From contig CAWCKY010000001.1 in assembly GCA_963796275.1 (NCBI GenBank), positions 992,001 through 1,056,000 on the forward strand: a stretch of DNA of 64,000 nt. The letters run 5' to 3'. The stretch's first letter is position 1. Each line of letters starts with the position of its first letter. Shown one piece after another: positions 32,683-43,413 of the stretch. Below the pieces are notes generated by a model, which was not told the origin of the DNA, did not search any database, and was given only the letters and a program-made list of their open reading frames with translations. The position numbers and the translations under genes are program-made. This stretch comes from an uncultured Acidobacteriota bacterium (GTDB lineage Bacteria; Acidobacteriota; Blastocatellia; RBC074).

Positions 32683-33102
32683 TCAGCGGCCAAAAAGTCG
32701 CAGCTTCGGTTTGCGGGAGCCATATTTTGCCCGGGCATACCATATCTCGACGCTGTCGATCGCCCGATCGCCTCCACGCAGGTCGAGGGGCCGTGTGCTG
32801 CCACCGGCGGCTATCCGACTCCTGAACTGAAGCTCCTCGTCCCCGCCGTTTTCGTAATGTACGACCACCCGGTCGAATGTAATAGGCGCTCGTTCGACAC
32901 GGATTTGAAGCGCACGAAACCTTCCATCGGAACGCCCAACCTTGATACGGTCGCGATCACTCGATCCGTCGACGTTGGACTCACCCAAATATATCCACGG
33001 GCCGCCGTTTCGGCCGTTGCGATATTTTTGGGCGTTGACGTCATTATAAAAACCTGCGAGCAGCATACCAGCTAGAACAAGTAGCAGAACTTTTCTTGTC
33101 AT
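32683..33102 (-). CDS. Secreted DUF2541-like protein
   Basis: Signal peptide; WIYLG..V...DRDRI, DLRGGDRAI. Confidence 0.7.
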   Translation of the reverse strand: MTRKVLLLVLAGMLLAGFYNDVNAQKYRNGRNGGPWIYLGESNVDGSSDRDRIKVGRSDGRFRALQIRVERAPITFDRVVVHYENGGDEELQFRSRIAAGGSTRPLDLRGGDRAIDSVEIWYARAKYGSRKPKLRLFGR

Positions 33103-33338
33103 ATTGAATCTATACTCCGTTTAGAATCCTGTAATACAGGTATCTGATTTGTGAGTAAATCGACAGGGGGTGAAGGGTACATCCCCATCATAATCCGATT
33201 CCCCGGAAAAAGTCGACGGAGTGGGGCGGGGGAATTGTGTCATCCGACCGGTATCCACCGCAAAATTCGCAAAATTCTAAAGTCCAGACGAAAGCCGGCT
33301 TCATCTTATGTGATTGTTGTAATTATTGTTTTCAAGGG

Positions 33339-35300
33339 CTATCTCTTTTCTAGCACGACAGGCGCCTGTTCGATGCCGTAGACCCGGCTGAAGAAACCCT
33401 GCACTGCGCTATATTGCTCGACCGGGATGGTAGTCGACTTCAAGACCAGGGCCCGTTTGAAGATGAGGAGACCCTCTTTAATCTCGATCGCGGCGGAATA
33501 GTTTCCGAACGGTTGTTTGAGTTCGACGGCATCTGGCATTTCATCGACCTGAAATCCTTCGGGCAACTTGATCTTCACTGTCTCATTGTATGCTTCTGAC
33601 TCGATCACGACCGGGTATTTGCGTTTGTCCGAGGCTAAAAAATATTGCGTACGGTGTGAAACCACCGCGGGTTTGAAGACAAGTAGCTTGCCTCGCATAG
33701 ACTGGGCGTATGCCGGGGACTTGAATTCGAGATCGAGCGTAAACTTGCCGGCCTCATCGACCGGTACGATTTTTGTAATTTGAGCTGATGGCGCCCCCCT
33801 CGTGATCCAGCGTTCGATTTGCCTGGTATAGTCGGGCCGTGAGGCGCGTTTGAATATCCGGCGTTCTGCGACTGCGGCCTGGCCGAAAGAGAGTTCTCGG
33901 AGGGCCGCGCTCAACGTGCCTTCAGGACTGAGCTCCGCCTCGATTGTGCGTTCGAGACGGTTGGCTTCGGAAGATGTGACGGGCATTCGCACCAGATCTC
34001 CGGCATCGCCGGCTGAGATCAGGGCGAGGCTGCCCTGAAGATAATCGGGCAGATCGCCAACCGGCGTGTGCTCATCAGTCGGATCGAATATCAGCAGTCG
34101 CCCGAGAGATGAGTGCCTGATCACGGTCGGCGCATCCGTCTCATCGCTGACCTTGACCCCGATAATGCAATGGTTGAATTGATGCGGGGAAGGCCACTCT
34201 TCGCGCACGTAATTCGGGTCGCCGGAATAAATCACGACCGGATATGCTTCGATCTTCAGCGCCTTGAGCAATGCCCGCATGAGGTTTGCTTTATCCTTGC
34301 AGTCGCCATAGTTTTTGTTAAATACCTCCACCGCTGTATGCGGGCGATAACCCCCGCCGCGACCCGTACCGATCTGAATCGAAATGTAATTTACGTCCTG
34401 CGCGTAACGGCCGATGGCTTTTATCCGCTCATATTCCGTCTTCGAATTCGCCGTCAATTCCAGAGCCTTGGCCGCCATCGCCTCGTTGTATCCCGTCTGT
34501 GTATCACTCAATTCACTGGTATATCGCGAGACGTCCTTCCAGTTCGCGAAAGTTCTGAGCGCGCTCGCTTTGCCTGACGGCGGATAGATGCTGATCGCTA
34601 TACGGGGCGCGATGTTGGTCAACTCAGGACCGGCTGGCTCGCTTTCGATGAACGGCAGGTTGCGAAGCTCCCAGGTATAGACCGTTCCGCTCACCGCCGG
34701 CTCGATCTTCGCGTTATTGAAGGTGACGCCGTCGGCGCGCCAACCCTCCGGCAATGTCACTGTCACCCGTGAAAAAAGCACCGGATTGCCGCTCTGGAAG
34801 TACCACACGAATTGCGAGAAGACGGACCGTTCCTCCGTCGTTACCTCATATCCGAAGACGCAACCCGCATCTGCGTCATCGGATGCTGAGATGACCTTGC
34901 TGCGCGCTTCGTTATAGACATCATTTTCGACGAGCGCGATATCGGCCGTCTCCTTCTTCCCATAGGTTTTGACTTCGCCGCCCGGCCGAATCAACCAGGC
35001 GCGCATCTCTTTCACTTTTTCGGAATCGGTGTTGTAGACAGCGCGGGCGGTGGCCGCTCCTCGTCCTTCGCGCGTCAGGATGCGGACGGCGTGGTAAGTC
35101 ACCACCGTAATTCGGCCGTCCTCGTAGACCATTCTGCGCATTTCGTCGTGTAAAACGACGGCGTTGACTTTCTTGTCGTATACGGGGAGATTGGCAGATG
35201 AAGCCTGTTTCAACCACCCCGGAACCTCATCCCCGTTCGCAGTAACGAACCCGCCCATCAGCGCCAGCGTCAGAACGCAGAACACAATTCTCTGCAACAT
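33339..35300 (-). CDS. DUF3857 + transglutaminase-like secreted protein (intact Cys-His-Asp)
   Basis: YGDCKDKA, FNHCI, FDPT. Confidence 0.9.
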   Translation of the reverse strand: MLQRIVFCVLTLALMGGFVTANGDEVPGWLKQASSANLPVYDKKVNAVVLHDEMRRMVYEDGRITVVTYHAVRILTREGRGAATARAVYNTDSEKVKEMRAWLIRPGGEVKTYGKKETADIALVENDVYNEARSKVISASDDADAGCVFGYEVTTEERSVFSQFVWYFQSGNPVLFSRVTVTLPEGWRADGVTFNNAKIEPAVSGTVYTWELRNLPFIESEPAGPELTNIAPRIAISIYPPSGKASALRTFANWKDVSRYTSELSDTQTGYNEAMAAKALELTANSKTEYERIKAIGRYAQDVNYISIQIGTGRGGGYRPHTAVEVFNKNYGDCKDKANLMRALLKALKIEAYPVVIYSGDPNYVREEWPSPHQFNHCIIGVKVSDETDAPTVIRHSSLGRLLIFDPTDEHTPVGDLPDYLQGSLALISAGDAGDLVRMPVTSSEANRLERTIEAELSPEGTLSAALRELSFGQAAVAERRIFKRASRPDYTRQIERWITRGAPSAQITKIVPVDEAGKFTLDLEFKSPAYAQSMRGKLLVFKPAVVSHRTQYFLASDKRKYPVVIESEAYNETVKIKLPEGFQVDEMPDAVELKQPFGNYSAAIEIKEGLLIFKRALVLKSTTIPVEQYSAVQGFFSRVYGIEQAPVVLEKR

Positions 35301-35384
35301 ATTTCCCCCTTCAGAAGAAGGTTTCAGCTATCCCTCGCATGATCGAGGCCGCTCAAACCGAAACATTAAAACGATAAACTTTCA

Positions 35385-37421
35385 TTATTGCTTCACGGCC
35401 GCCGCCACATCCTGCTTGAGCGTGACAGCATGATTGTCTTGCTGGTGCATTGTGTCGAACGCGCGCTTCAGCGCCTGATAAGTGGTTTTCGGAAAGACCA
35501 AACCGCTGAATTTCAGGTTTCGTTTGTAGACGAGCGTCTTCTTATCCTGTGTGATCGCCAGATTGACCTCGTATCTGCCCACTTCGCCCAGGTTGAAGCT
35601 GGCGGGTGATTCGGCATTGTCGAGCGCGAAACCGTCCGGCAGATCGATAGTGACATTGTCCTCTTCCATCCACGGGAAGTGGAAATATATATCGTGCCTG
35701 CGATCGCTCGTCGGGAAGAGAGGTCCGATGCCTTTCTGAAAGAATGCCGGTTGGAGAAATATTCGCTTGCCCGTGCGTTCGGCAAATCCGGGCACCCGCA
35801 CCTTGTATGAATAGATCAGCGGCTTGAACGGGTCAGTTACCTCCTCGAGCTTGATATCGGTAACGTCTACATTGCCGAGCCGCGATTGAACAGTCTGGCG
35901 GACGTGTTCCTCGCGTTCGCTCGCCGATTCCTCATCATGATTTTCCTTATTGATGGCGGCAAAATGGCCGGTGTATTCGATCCGCACCTCGCCCTCGAGC
36001 GTCCCGTCTTCGCGCAAATGCAATTTGGCAGAGCGCTTTTGTAACGACTTTTCGGCCGGTGATATCGGAGTATTGATGAAGACCGGCTCCTTCGGATCGG
36101 CGACCAACGCCGGCTGCCCTTCCTGCTGCCAACGCAACATCCCCAGCGGCACGTATCGGCTCGATGGATCGAAGAATCTCCATTCTTCTCCGACCTTTAC
36201 CGCGATATCGTAAACATTGAGAAAGTAGTCATCGGCGATGTTCGGATCGAAGAAGATATCGTTGCGATCAGGTAGATTGATGATCCGCGCCTCAAATCCG
36301 GCAGCCATTGCCATTGCGGCGAAGAGCAGGTCGATATCTTTCCCGTGGCCGTATCCGCGTTTGATCGTGTCGGCGGGCGACCGGTTCTCCTTCAGCTTCT
36401 TACGCTCCTCATCGCTCAGAGTCGTCATATCGTCATGAACGTTTTTGATCCGGGTGCGGCAGAAAGCGAGAATGCGCTCGAGCTTTTGTTCGGGAGAAGG
36501 GGCCTCTCCGATCACGTCCGCTGCAGCTTTCCTGATTTCATCATTGACCTTTAACAAACCTTTGTTCGAATCGTAAACAGACTTCCCGTACTCCTTCCAG
36601 AACTTAGCGGGGACGATCTTCTCGTTCTTTGAATAATAGAGCAGCATCCAGGAACGCACTTGATCTTCGGGAGGCATGCGCGGCTCTTCTACGAATGCGG
36701 GGACATTGGTCTGGCCCGTACTCACATATCCGTCCTTCTCTTTGGTGAACGAGGTGGCTTGCGCGTGGAAGGTGACCGAACGCATCGCTAATTCAATGTC
36801 GCTTAGCGGTTTGATGTAGTACTTGACTGATTGGACCGGTATCTCCCTCTGGAATTGGAGACGCGTGTAGAGACTGAACGGCCGTTGTTCATTCCAACGG
36901 TATTCTATGATCGACCCTGGCTCAACCGCAGGCATGGCAAAGGATTTGGACTTGAACTTGAGTCCGCTGAGGCGAACGATCTCGCGGTCGAAGATCGAAT
37001 CCTTCTTCAACTCGACGATCGTTCCGTCCGGTTTAATAGTGCGTGCGGCTATATCGCGAATATTTACCTTGCCGAAATATAGCAGATCGACCTTGCCGTG
37101 CTTCTCGATTCCGCGATCATTGAATATTTTTATCCTCAGATAATGGGAAAGAACCTGGCGCGCGTAACTCCCATCCCATTCGTCTTTCAGATAGACTTCC
37201 CAGAATATAGCCTCGGCATCCGCGTCTTTTTCGACTGCCGGCGCATTGAGTGCGAGATGTGACGGATCGATCGGTTTCCACTGCTGAGCACGGACAGTCG
37301 TCGAACTTATTAACAGACAGGAAAGAAACAGCACAAAAACGAACGGGGTACACGAGGCAAACGCACACACAGCAAACGGGGTAAGCGCCTCCCGTGCGGC
37401 AAATGGGGGATACGGATTCAT
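35385..37421 (-). CDS. DUF3857 + transglutaminase-like secreted protein (catalytic Cys/His absent)
   Basis: PAVEPGSIIEY; GYGHGKDIDLL replaces GDCKD; FFDPS. Confidence 0.85.
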   Translation of the reverse strand: MNPYPPFAAREALTPFAVCAFASCTPFVFVLFLSCLLISSTTVRAQQWKPIDPSHLALNAPAVEKDADAEAIFWEVYLKDEWDGSYARQVLSHYLRIKIFNDRGIEKHGKVDLLYFGKVNIRDIAARTIKPDGTIVELKKDSIFDREIVRLSGLKFKSKSFAMPAVEPGSIIEYRWNEQRPFSLYTRLQFQREIPVQSVKYYIKPLSDIELAMRSVTFHAQATSFTKEKDGYVSTGQTNVPAFVEEPRMPPEDQVRSWMLLYYSKNEKIVPAKFWKEYGKSVYDSNKGLLKVNDEIRKAAADVIGEAPSPEQKLERILAFCRTRIKNVHDDMTTLSDEERKKLKENRSPADTIKRGYGHGKDIDLLFAAMAMAAGFEARIINLPDRNDIFFDPNIADDYFLNVYDIAVKVGEEWRFFDPSSRYVPLGMLRWQQEGQPALVADPKEPVFINTPISPAEKSLQKRSAKLHLREDGTLEGEVRIEYTGHFAAINKENHDEESASEREEHVRQTVQSRLGNVDVTDIKLEEVTDPFKPLIYSYKVRVPGFAERTGKRIFLQPAFFQKGIGPLFPTSDRRHDIYFHFPWMEEDNVTIDLPDGFALDNAESPASFNLGEVGRYEVNLAITQDKKTLVYKRNLKFSGLVFPKTTYQALKRAFDTMHQQDNHAVTLKQDVAAAVKQ

Positions 37422-37780
37422 ATTGCCTACCTTTCTTTAATTCATGGTTGCAGGGTCTCGACTAGGTCGACCTTCTTTCTATTTGAAGCCCCATGAAGAT
37501 GAGCATGAGGAATATGTGGTGTTGCTGATGCTGTTGATCTAAAGGCAGATTGGCTCTGATAAGCAGATAGACCGGTAAGGCATGATCTATCTCAAAGCGT
37601 ATTTGCCGGAATTAGCCAGGGAAATGATCATAAAGCTGTATCAGGCGTGACGCAAGAAAAATTTAAGAATACTCGGGAAAATTTTGATTAAATGGAAATG
37701 CGAGGAGAGGGTCGGCAATCTATCGAGAGAATGGTTCGGGTTTTTCAGAATTATCTGCCGTGAAACAGAGAATTTATAAT

Positions 37781-37868
37781 TTGACGTTTGTGATTTTAGA
37801 TTTGTTATTTGTAGGAAAAAGAATGCTCCATCAACGACAAATGACAAATCTAAAATCACAAATGTTAA
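37781..37868. repeat. Heptamer-type inverted repeat hairpin downstream of treY
   Basis: TTTGTGATTTTAGATTTGTTATTTGT / ACAAATGACAAATCTAAAATCACAAA. Confidence 0.75.
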
Positions 37869-38052
37869 TAAATGCCCTCCTGTTCCTGGCTGTTGCGCAC
37901 GAATAAGAGGCTGATAAAACTAAGATTTGATGCAAGACACGATGGTCATCCAGAATCTATCAGCCTACTCCATGTCCAATGTAATTATGGTAGCAGGCAA
38001 ATTCGGTTTGATTGTCACTGAAGAAGGCAGAGCCTGCTATTCCACTAGCGAT

Positions 38053-40964
38053 TCAGTTTATTTTTTCCATTAACGCAACCGGTAAATTTGAAAATACCTC
38101 GGATAACGGCAGGGAAATCTCTCCCTCCGATTTCTGCGCGCATACGCTTTTGCCGTTGAATCGATCTCGATAACATCCGGCAAGTTCCTTCGACAAGGCG
38201 ATCGCGGTATCTCCCCATACCTCGCTCGCAATCGGCAGACTGGAATTTTCCCCCAGTTTGGTGAAAAACCGGGAAGCGGCGACGATCACCACTTTACTGC
38301 CTGATATTCTCGCAAAAGCTATTGCGTGCCTTTCGCGGTCGCCGCTCACTTGAAGCGGTAGGTATGCGCCGAGATCGAATAGGTCGCGCTCTGTGCGGCG
38401 GAGGTTGAGAGCGCGCGCGATTATGAATAGCTTGATCCGGCCGTCTTCCAGATTTCTTAGCATATCCTCGATCAGTTCCGCTACGTCATTCGACTCCAAT
38501 GAATCGAGGAGAGACTGGCGGCGCGCGTAATCGACCGGGCGCCGGTTGTCCGGATCGACCATGCTGAAATCCCAGAGCTCCGTTCCCTGGTAGAAGTCGG
38601 GAATGCCGGGGGAGGTTATTTTCAGCAATGTCTGCGATAAGGAGTTGAACATCCCGGCCCGCGCGATCGCCGATTGGCTCTTCGTGAAATCATGGACGAA
38701 GGCCGACTCAGGAGTGAGTATCTCTCTAATGAAGTTGCGCACGAACCGCTCATACTCTTCGTTTTGATTGAGCCAGCTCGAGTGGATCTTCGCCTCCCTT
38801 ATCGCTTTGATCATGTATTCCTCGATTCGCACGACGAAAGATTGATCGGACTCTTCACCCTCAAACGGGGCAAACGGCCATACTCCGACGAGCGTCTGGT
38901 AGAGCAAATACTCCTCGCTAGCATCAGGAGCGAGCGACCCTTCGAATGGGGTTTTGCGTTCTGAATTGAGTTTTTGCCAGCGCCGCACGGCTCGGTACCA
39001 GTTCACCGGGTTTTCTGAGAGGACATTGATACGCGCCCGCGCATCCTCGCTCCGTTTAGTGTCGTGAGTCGATGTCGCAAGCAGCGTATGGGGCCAGCTT
39101 GCGAGTCGCTTTCGGTTATGTTCGTGGAATGTCTGGGTTGAGATGCCGAAAAGCGAGGGATCGCCGCCGACTTCGCAGAGGGAGGCGAGCGGATAGTAGC
39201 GGTAAAACGCCGTATCCTCGATTCCCTTGGCGGTGACGGGAGGGGTCAATTGCTGGAAACGCATAACGAAATCGTGCCGTTCTGCCCGCTGTTCTTCATT
39301 GATCCCCTGAGGCTCTTCGTGCAGAAGAACCGATGCGATGAATTCAAAAATCGATGAGCTTATCGCCGGGTTGCGTCGACGTGCGCTTCGCACGGCGCTC
39401 AGGATGTGGTGGCGGTCGTCATCCGCAACCTTTCCCTGCTTTGCGCGGATGTAGCTGCGATAGACGGGAAAAGAGGCAATCACCTCTCTGAGCGCATCCT
39501 CCAGGCTGTTGAGCGTGAAATCGCGTGAGTATCTGTGCTGTTCTGAAATCCGATCGAGTTTTCGCGCCAGCACGTGCAGCTCGCTCGACATCGCGGCGCG
39601 CAGGACCAGCTTTCTCCCTTCATACGACACATCGTCGAATCTATCCTGCCTTCCTGTTATCCGCTGCCAAATCTTAAGGAATGCGGTCTCATTCGATCGA
39701 TCGATGAAGACTCCATTCAGCAGATTCAGAAAATCGTAGCCGGTCGTTCCCTGCGTAGCCCAGTTTTCGCGCAGCTCTTCGTTGCGCCCCAGAATCTTTT
39801 CAACTATCACGAAGTGAGAGGGGATCTGATTGTTGATAATTGTCCATCAGTCGATTGCCCTCCACGCACCGCCCTCAGAGCGCCGCGCTGCAGCTCTTTG
39901 AGGTAAAGTTCGGGATCATAAAGCCCATCGATGTGGTCGACCCGCAATCCAGTAACCATGCCCTTTTTCACCATTCGCAGGATAAAATTATGAACGGCGG
40001 AGAAGACCTTTCGCTCCTCAACGCGGATCGCTGCCAGTTCGTTAATGTCGAAGAAGCGGCGAAAGTTTATCTCATCAGCAGCCACCCGCCAGTGCGATAA
40101 GCGGTAGGATTGCGCGCCGAGCAATTCCTCAAGCCGATTAAAACTGGCAGGGTCCCCCTTTACGCCATTGAACTCGCGGATGACCGTTGCGATCGCTCGC
40201 CGCATCTGGCTGTTTGAGGTGACGAGCGACGAAATTCGGCGTTTGACGATCTCCTTCTCGCGGCCGCGTTCCTTCACCTTCTCCGGATCGGTGTCGGTGC
40301 GGGGAGGCAGATGTTCAAGTGCCGTGATTATGCTTTCCAATTCGAGCCGGTGCGGGTGTGACTCTTTGAGGCTGGCGGAGATCATTTCGAGCGCCGGTTT
40401 GAGTATCAGTATCCAAGTGCGCGGTGCAATCGGCAGTTCAGTGTCATAGTATTTGGCAATGAAGGTGCCGCGCTGATATTGTATCTGAATCTCCTTGTTT
40501 TCGAGCACCCTCCCGTATTGGTCCCCTAACACCGGAAGCAGCACCTTATTGCTCATATCCTGCTTCGGCGGCTGCCAGTCGATGTCGAAAAAGCGTGAAT
40601 AGGTAGAACCGGGACCGTTCTCCAGTATGTCCATCCACCATACGTTGTTCGAGTCGGCAATGCACATGTGATTAGGAACAAGGTCCATCATCAATCCCAT
40701 CCCAAGTCCTTTGAGCTTTGCACTAAATTTAACAAGATTCTCATTCGTTCCGATTTCAGGATTGAGTTTCGTGTGGTCTGTCACATCATAACCATGCAGA
40801 CTGCCTGATCGGGCAGCCAATAGTGGAGAAGCATAACAGTCGCTAATCCCCAGCTTGTCTAGATAACCGCTGATCGATTCCGCATCTTTCAATGTGAAAT
40901 TACTATTAAACTGAAGCCTATACGTCGATGACGGTATCCGAATTGTTATGGAATTTTCAGGCAT
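38053..40964 (-). CDS. treY: Malto-oligosyltrehalose synthase (frameshift near 39840)
   Basis: [33 protein letters not shown]; then [40 protein letters not shown]. Confidence 0.93.
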
Positions 40965-41023
40965 ATCTAAGCAATTTAAATTTCTTGTCGATCGTAACAA
41001 ATTCATTTATTCTTAATTGTTGT

Positions 41024-41038
41024 GCAATCCTCACGCCG
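41024..41038 (-). promoter_or_regulatory. sigma54 -24/-12 promoter for treY
   Basis: CGGCGTGAGGATTGC (GG-N10-GC). Confidence 0.65.
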
Positions 41039-41072
41039 ATCGAACTGATCTACCTAATCTACGTCCTTCCCG

Positions 41073-41133
41073 TGTAATGTGAAAAAACACTTGTAGCCTG
41101 TTAGTACACGACCGGTTGTATCGAACCTATTCA
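41073..41133. promoter_or_regulatory. Candidate enhancer boxes TGTA-N9-TACA (three)
   Basis: TGTAATGTGAAAAAACA 41073, TGTAGCCTGTTAGTACA 41092, TGTATCGAACCTATTCA 41117. Confidence 0.55.
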
Positions 41134-41227
41134 TGATTCAGATATTTTAAGTTCTAATTTGTTATGTGGATTGACAAAATAGGCATAAATAGGGGGGTTG
41201 ACTGCGAAATGAGGGTTGGGGGTGCTC

Positions 41228-41242
41228 TGGCCTCTAACTTGC
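41228..41242 (+). promoter_or_regulatory. sigma54 promoter upstream of candidate sRNA
   Basis: TGGCCTCTAACTTGC. Confidence 0.65.
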
Positions 41243-41253
41243 TTATTTAATAC

Positions 41254-41414
41254 GTGAGCGTTATAGGTTCTTGCAACGCACAACGGCATGAATACTGAAC
41301 ATGCAGGGAGCAGTATAAAGGAGCCAGGTGGGGAGCTGGCTCTTTTCGTGCCGAATTCAAAGCTGTCCTGAGTAGAGTTCTTGAAAGGCTACTTTGCTCT
41401 GGGCAGCTTTTTTT
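41254..41414 (+). ncRNA. Candidate sigma54-dependent structured sRNA A
   Basis: Four consecutive hairpins; GAGCCAG-GTGGGGAG-CTGGCTC-TTTT and final AAAGCTGTCC...GGGCAGCTTTTTTT terminator. Confidence 0.55.
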
Positions 41415-41594
41415 GTTCGCAATCCATATCCAGTGTAGCGCCAATCAAACACAATCCATACATATTACCAGTACGAATTAGTTCACATTTTTTCATCCAT
41501 TTGCTACGAAAGCGGTCGCTTTACATCCATTCACAAAGCTAAGTAATCTAGACAGAAGTGTTTAGAGTTGATACCCGGGGATCCGTATTTTTAC

Positions 41595-41609
41595 TGGTAT
41601 GGGCCTTGC
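41595..41609 (+). promoter_or_regulatory. sigma54 promoter for Clp-like ATPase
   Basis: TGGTATGGGCCTTGC, 30 nt before ATG. Confidence 0.7.
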
Positions 41610-41638
41610 AGATTCATTAGATATCTCCCGGAATAAGG

Positions 41639-42796
41639 ATGTCACATATGAAACAGCAATCAGAGATCATGAAGGCAGCAGCTGCTGCCGTGGGTTCAAT
41701 GCAGAATTGGATTCCACTCAACGCCGAAGAGAGGTGCGATGAGGCAGGGGTATTCGAAGAGGGGATATCTTCAAGGATCGTTGCACAGGATGAAGCTATC
41801 CGTGCTATGTCGCAGCTCTATCAACTTTATTTGGCTGATTTGAACATGCCGAACAAACCGATCGGGACGCTCCTCTTCCTGGGTCCTACCGGTTCCGGCA
41901 AAACACGTGTCGTCGAGGCGGCCTCAGAGGTGTTGTTCGACGATCCATATGCGATGGTCAAAATTGACTGTGCCGAGTTTCAACACTCGCACGAAATATC
42001 GAAACTGATCGGCTCGCCGCCCGGATATTTGGGGCATCGTGAAACACATCCGATGTTATCGCAGGAGAACATAGACCGTTTTCAGACGCCAACAAATAAG
42101 CTTACCTTAATTTTATTCGATGAGATAGAGAAGGCGTCCGATGCGCTATGGCAACTCTTGCTTGGCATTCTCGACAAAGCGACGCTCACCCTGGGCGACA
42201 ACAGAAGGGTCGATTTCTCGAACTGCATCATCGTCATGACGTCCAATCTGGGCGCCCGTGAGATGAGCGTTCTGACCGAAGGTCAAATGGGCTTTGCGCC
42301 AACCGAAGCAATTTCCTCGGACCTCGATGCGAGGCTGGTAAAAATCGGAATTGAGGCGGCGCGGCGTAAATTTTCGCCCGAATTCATGAATCGCCTCGAT
42401 AAGATAGTCGTTTTTCAAACCCTAACCCGCGCCGCGATGGAGCGGATTTTGGACCTTGAATTGGATCTTCTGCAACGGAGGATTCTATCGACCGGACGCA
42501 GCGCTTTTATCCTTAAATGTAGCGATGAGGCAAAGGAATTTTTGCTTAAGGAAGGCTTCGATCGCCGCTACGGGGCAAGACCGCTCAAGCGTGCCATTGA
42601 ACGACATATTCTCGTTCCCGTCTCGAATATGATCTCTACCGGACAGCTTTCAACCGGTGACATTATGCTTGTCGATGTCAACGATGTTCGGAAAGGGCTC
42701 TGTTTCGGGAAGGCTTTCCCGTCATTAAGCCTGGATCATTGCGATCAGAGCAGCGGATTTTTCCCCGCACCTCAATTGCAAAGATTGGCTACATAA
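41639..42796 (+). CDS. Stand-alone ClpA/B/C NBD2-like AAA+ ATPase
   Basis: FLGPTGSGKT, LIGSPPGYLG, LFDEIEKA, MTSNLG, FSPEFMNRLD, YGARPLKR; no N-domain or NBD1. Confidence 0.9.
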   Translation: MSHMKQQSEIMKAAAAAVGSMQNWIPLNAEERCDEAGVFEEGISSRIVAQDEAIRAMSQLYQLYLADLNMPNKPIGTLLFLGPTGSGKTRVVEAASEVLFDDPYAMVKIDCAEFQHSHEISKLIGSPPGYLGHRETHPMLSQENIDRFQTPTNKLTLILFDEIEKASDALWQLLLGILDKATLTLGDNRRVDFSNCIIVMTSNLGAREMSVLTEGQMGFAPTEAISSDLDARLVKIGIEAARRKFSPEFMNRLDKIVVFQTLTRAAMERILDLELDLLQRRILSTGRSAFILKCSDEAKEFLLKEGFDRRYGARPLKRAIERHILVPVSNMISTGQLSTGDIMLVDVNDVRKGLCFGKAFPSLSLDHCDQSSGFFPAPQLQRLAT

Positions 42797-42938
42797 CGTA
42801 CGGCAACTGTCGTGCGCACACGGCTCGGCTAAAAGGCCGGTTGATTAGGAAGATGTATAAAGCGAATTAACGTGACGGAGCATTCTTTCGCTTCGCATCC
42901 ACTCCTGCTTATCCGGCCTTGTCTTCCACGGACGATGG

Positions 42939-43088
42939 TTATAATCCCAGGGTCCGTCGCTTAGTTATCAGCTGAAGTGCCAAAACAACCACTGCAATTA
43001 CCAGCAGCAGATGGATGTTACTTCCCACTCCGCCCAAAAAACCAAGCAGCCAAAGAATTAAAATAATCGCAAGGATCGTCCATAACAT
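42939..43088 (-). CDS. lmo0937-family (DUF5670) 49-aa membrane protein, not in ORF track
   Basis: MLWTILAIILILWLLGFLGGVGSNIHLLLVIAVVVLALQLITKRRTLGL; AAGGA RBS. Confidence 0.88.
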   Translation of the reverse strand: MLWTILAIILILWLLGFLGGVGSNIHLLLVIAVVVLALQLITKRRTLGL

Positions 43089-43118
43089 AATATCCTTCTT
43101 TGCCTGCTTTAATAAAAG

Positions 43119-43133
43119 GCAACTGATATGCCT
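43119..43133 (-). promoter_or_regulatory. sigma54 promoter for lmo0937-like gene
   Basis: AGGCATATCAGTTGC. Confidence 0.65.
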
Positions 43134-43151
43134 GTCTCAAACTATCATTAC

Positions 43152-43207
43152 TGTAGCAGCCCGATGCAGCGCGTATCGTAGAAATACAAGTGTCTGTAGT
43201 CAATACA
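43152..43207. promoter_or_regulatory. Three tandem candidate enhancer boxes (19-20 bp period)
   Basis: TGTAGCAGCCCGATGCA 43152, CGTATCGTAGAAATACA 43172, TGTCTGTAGTCAATACA 43191. Confidence 0.6.
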
Positions 43208-43282
43208 TTCAGTTGCATTATTATTATATAAGATTGCGTGGTAATATTGGGTGAAGGGCTGTACTAAAACCGAAACGCGCTA

Positions 43283-43297
43283 TGGTCTGAGCTTTGC
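43283..43297 (+). promoter_or_regulatory. sigma54 promoter for the ElaB/holin/DUF3618 operon
   Basis: TGGTCTGAGCTTTGC. Confidence 0.6.
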
Positions 43298-43413
43298 AAG
43301 AAAGGCTAGGGAGACTCATCGCTAAGATTGAAAAAGACCTGGGGGAGAGCGAGTTACACAAAAATGATTTGAGCTACCTCTGGGGATTAAAGGCATTGAG
43401 TTACTAGGAGGAG

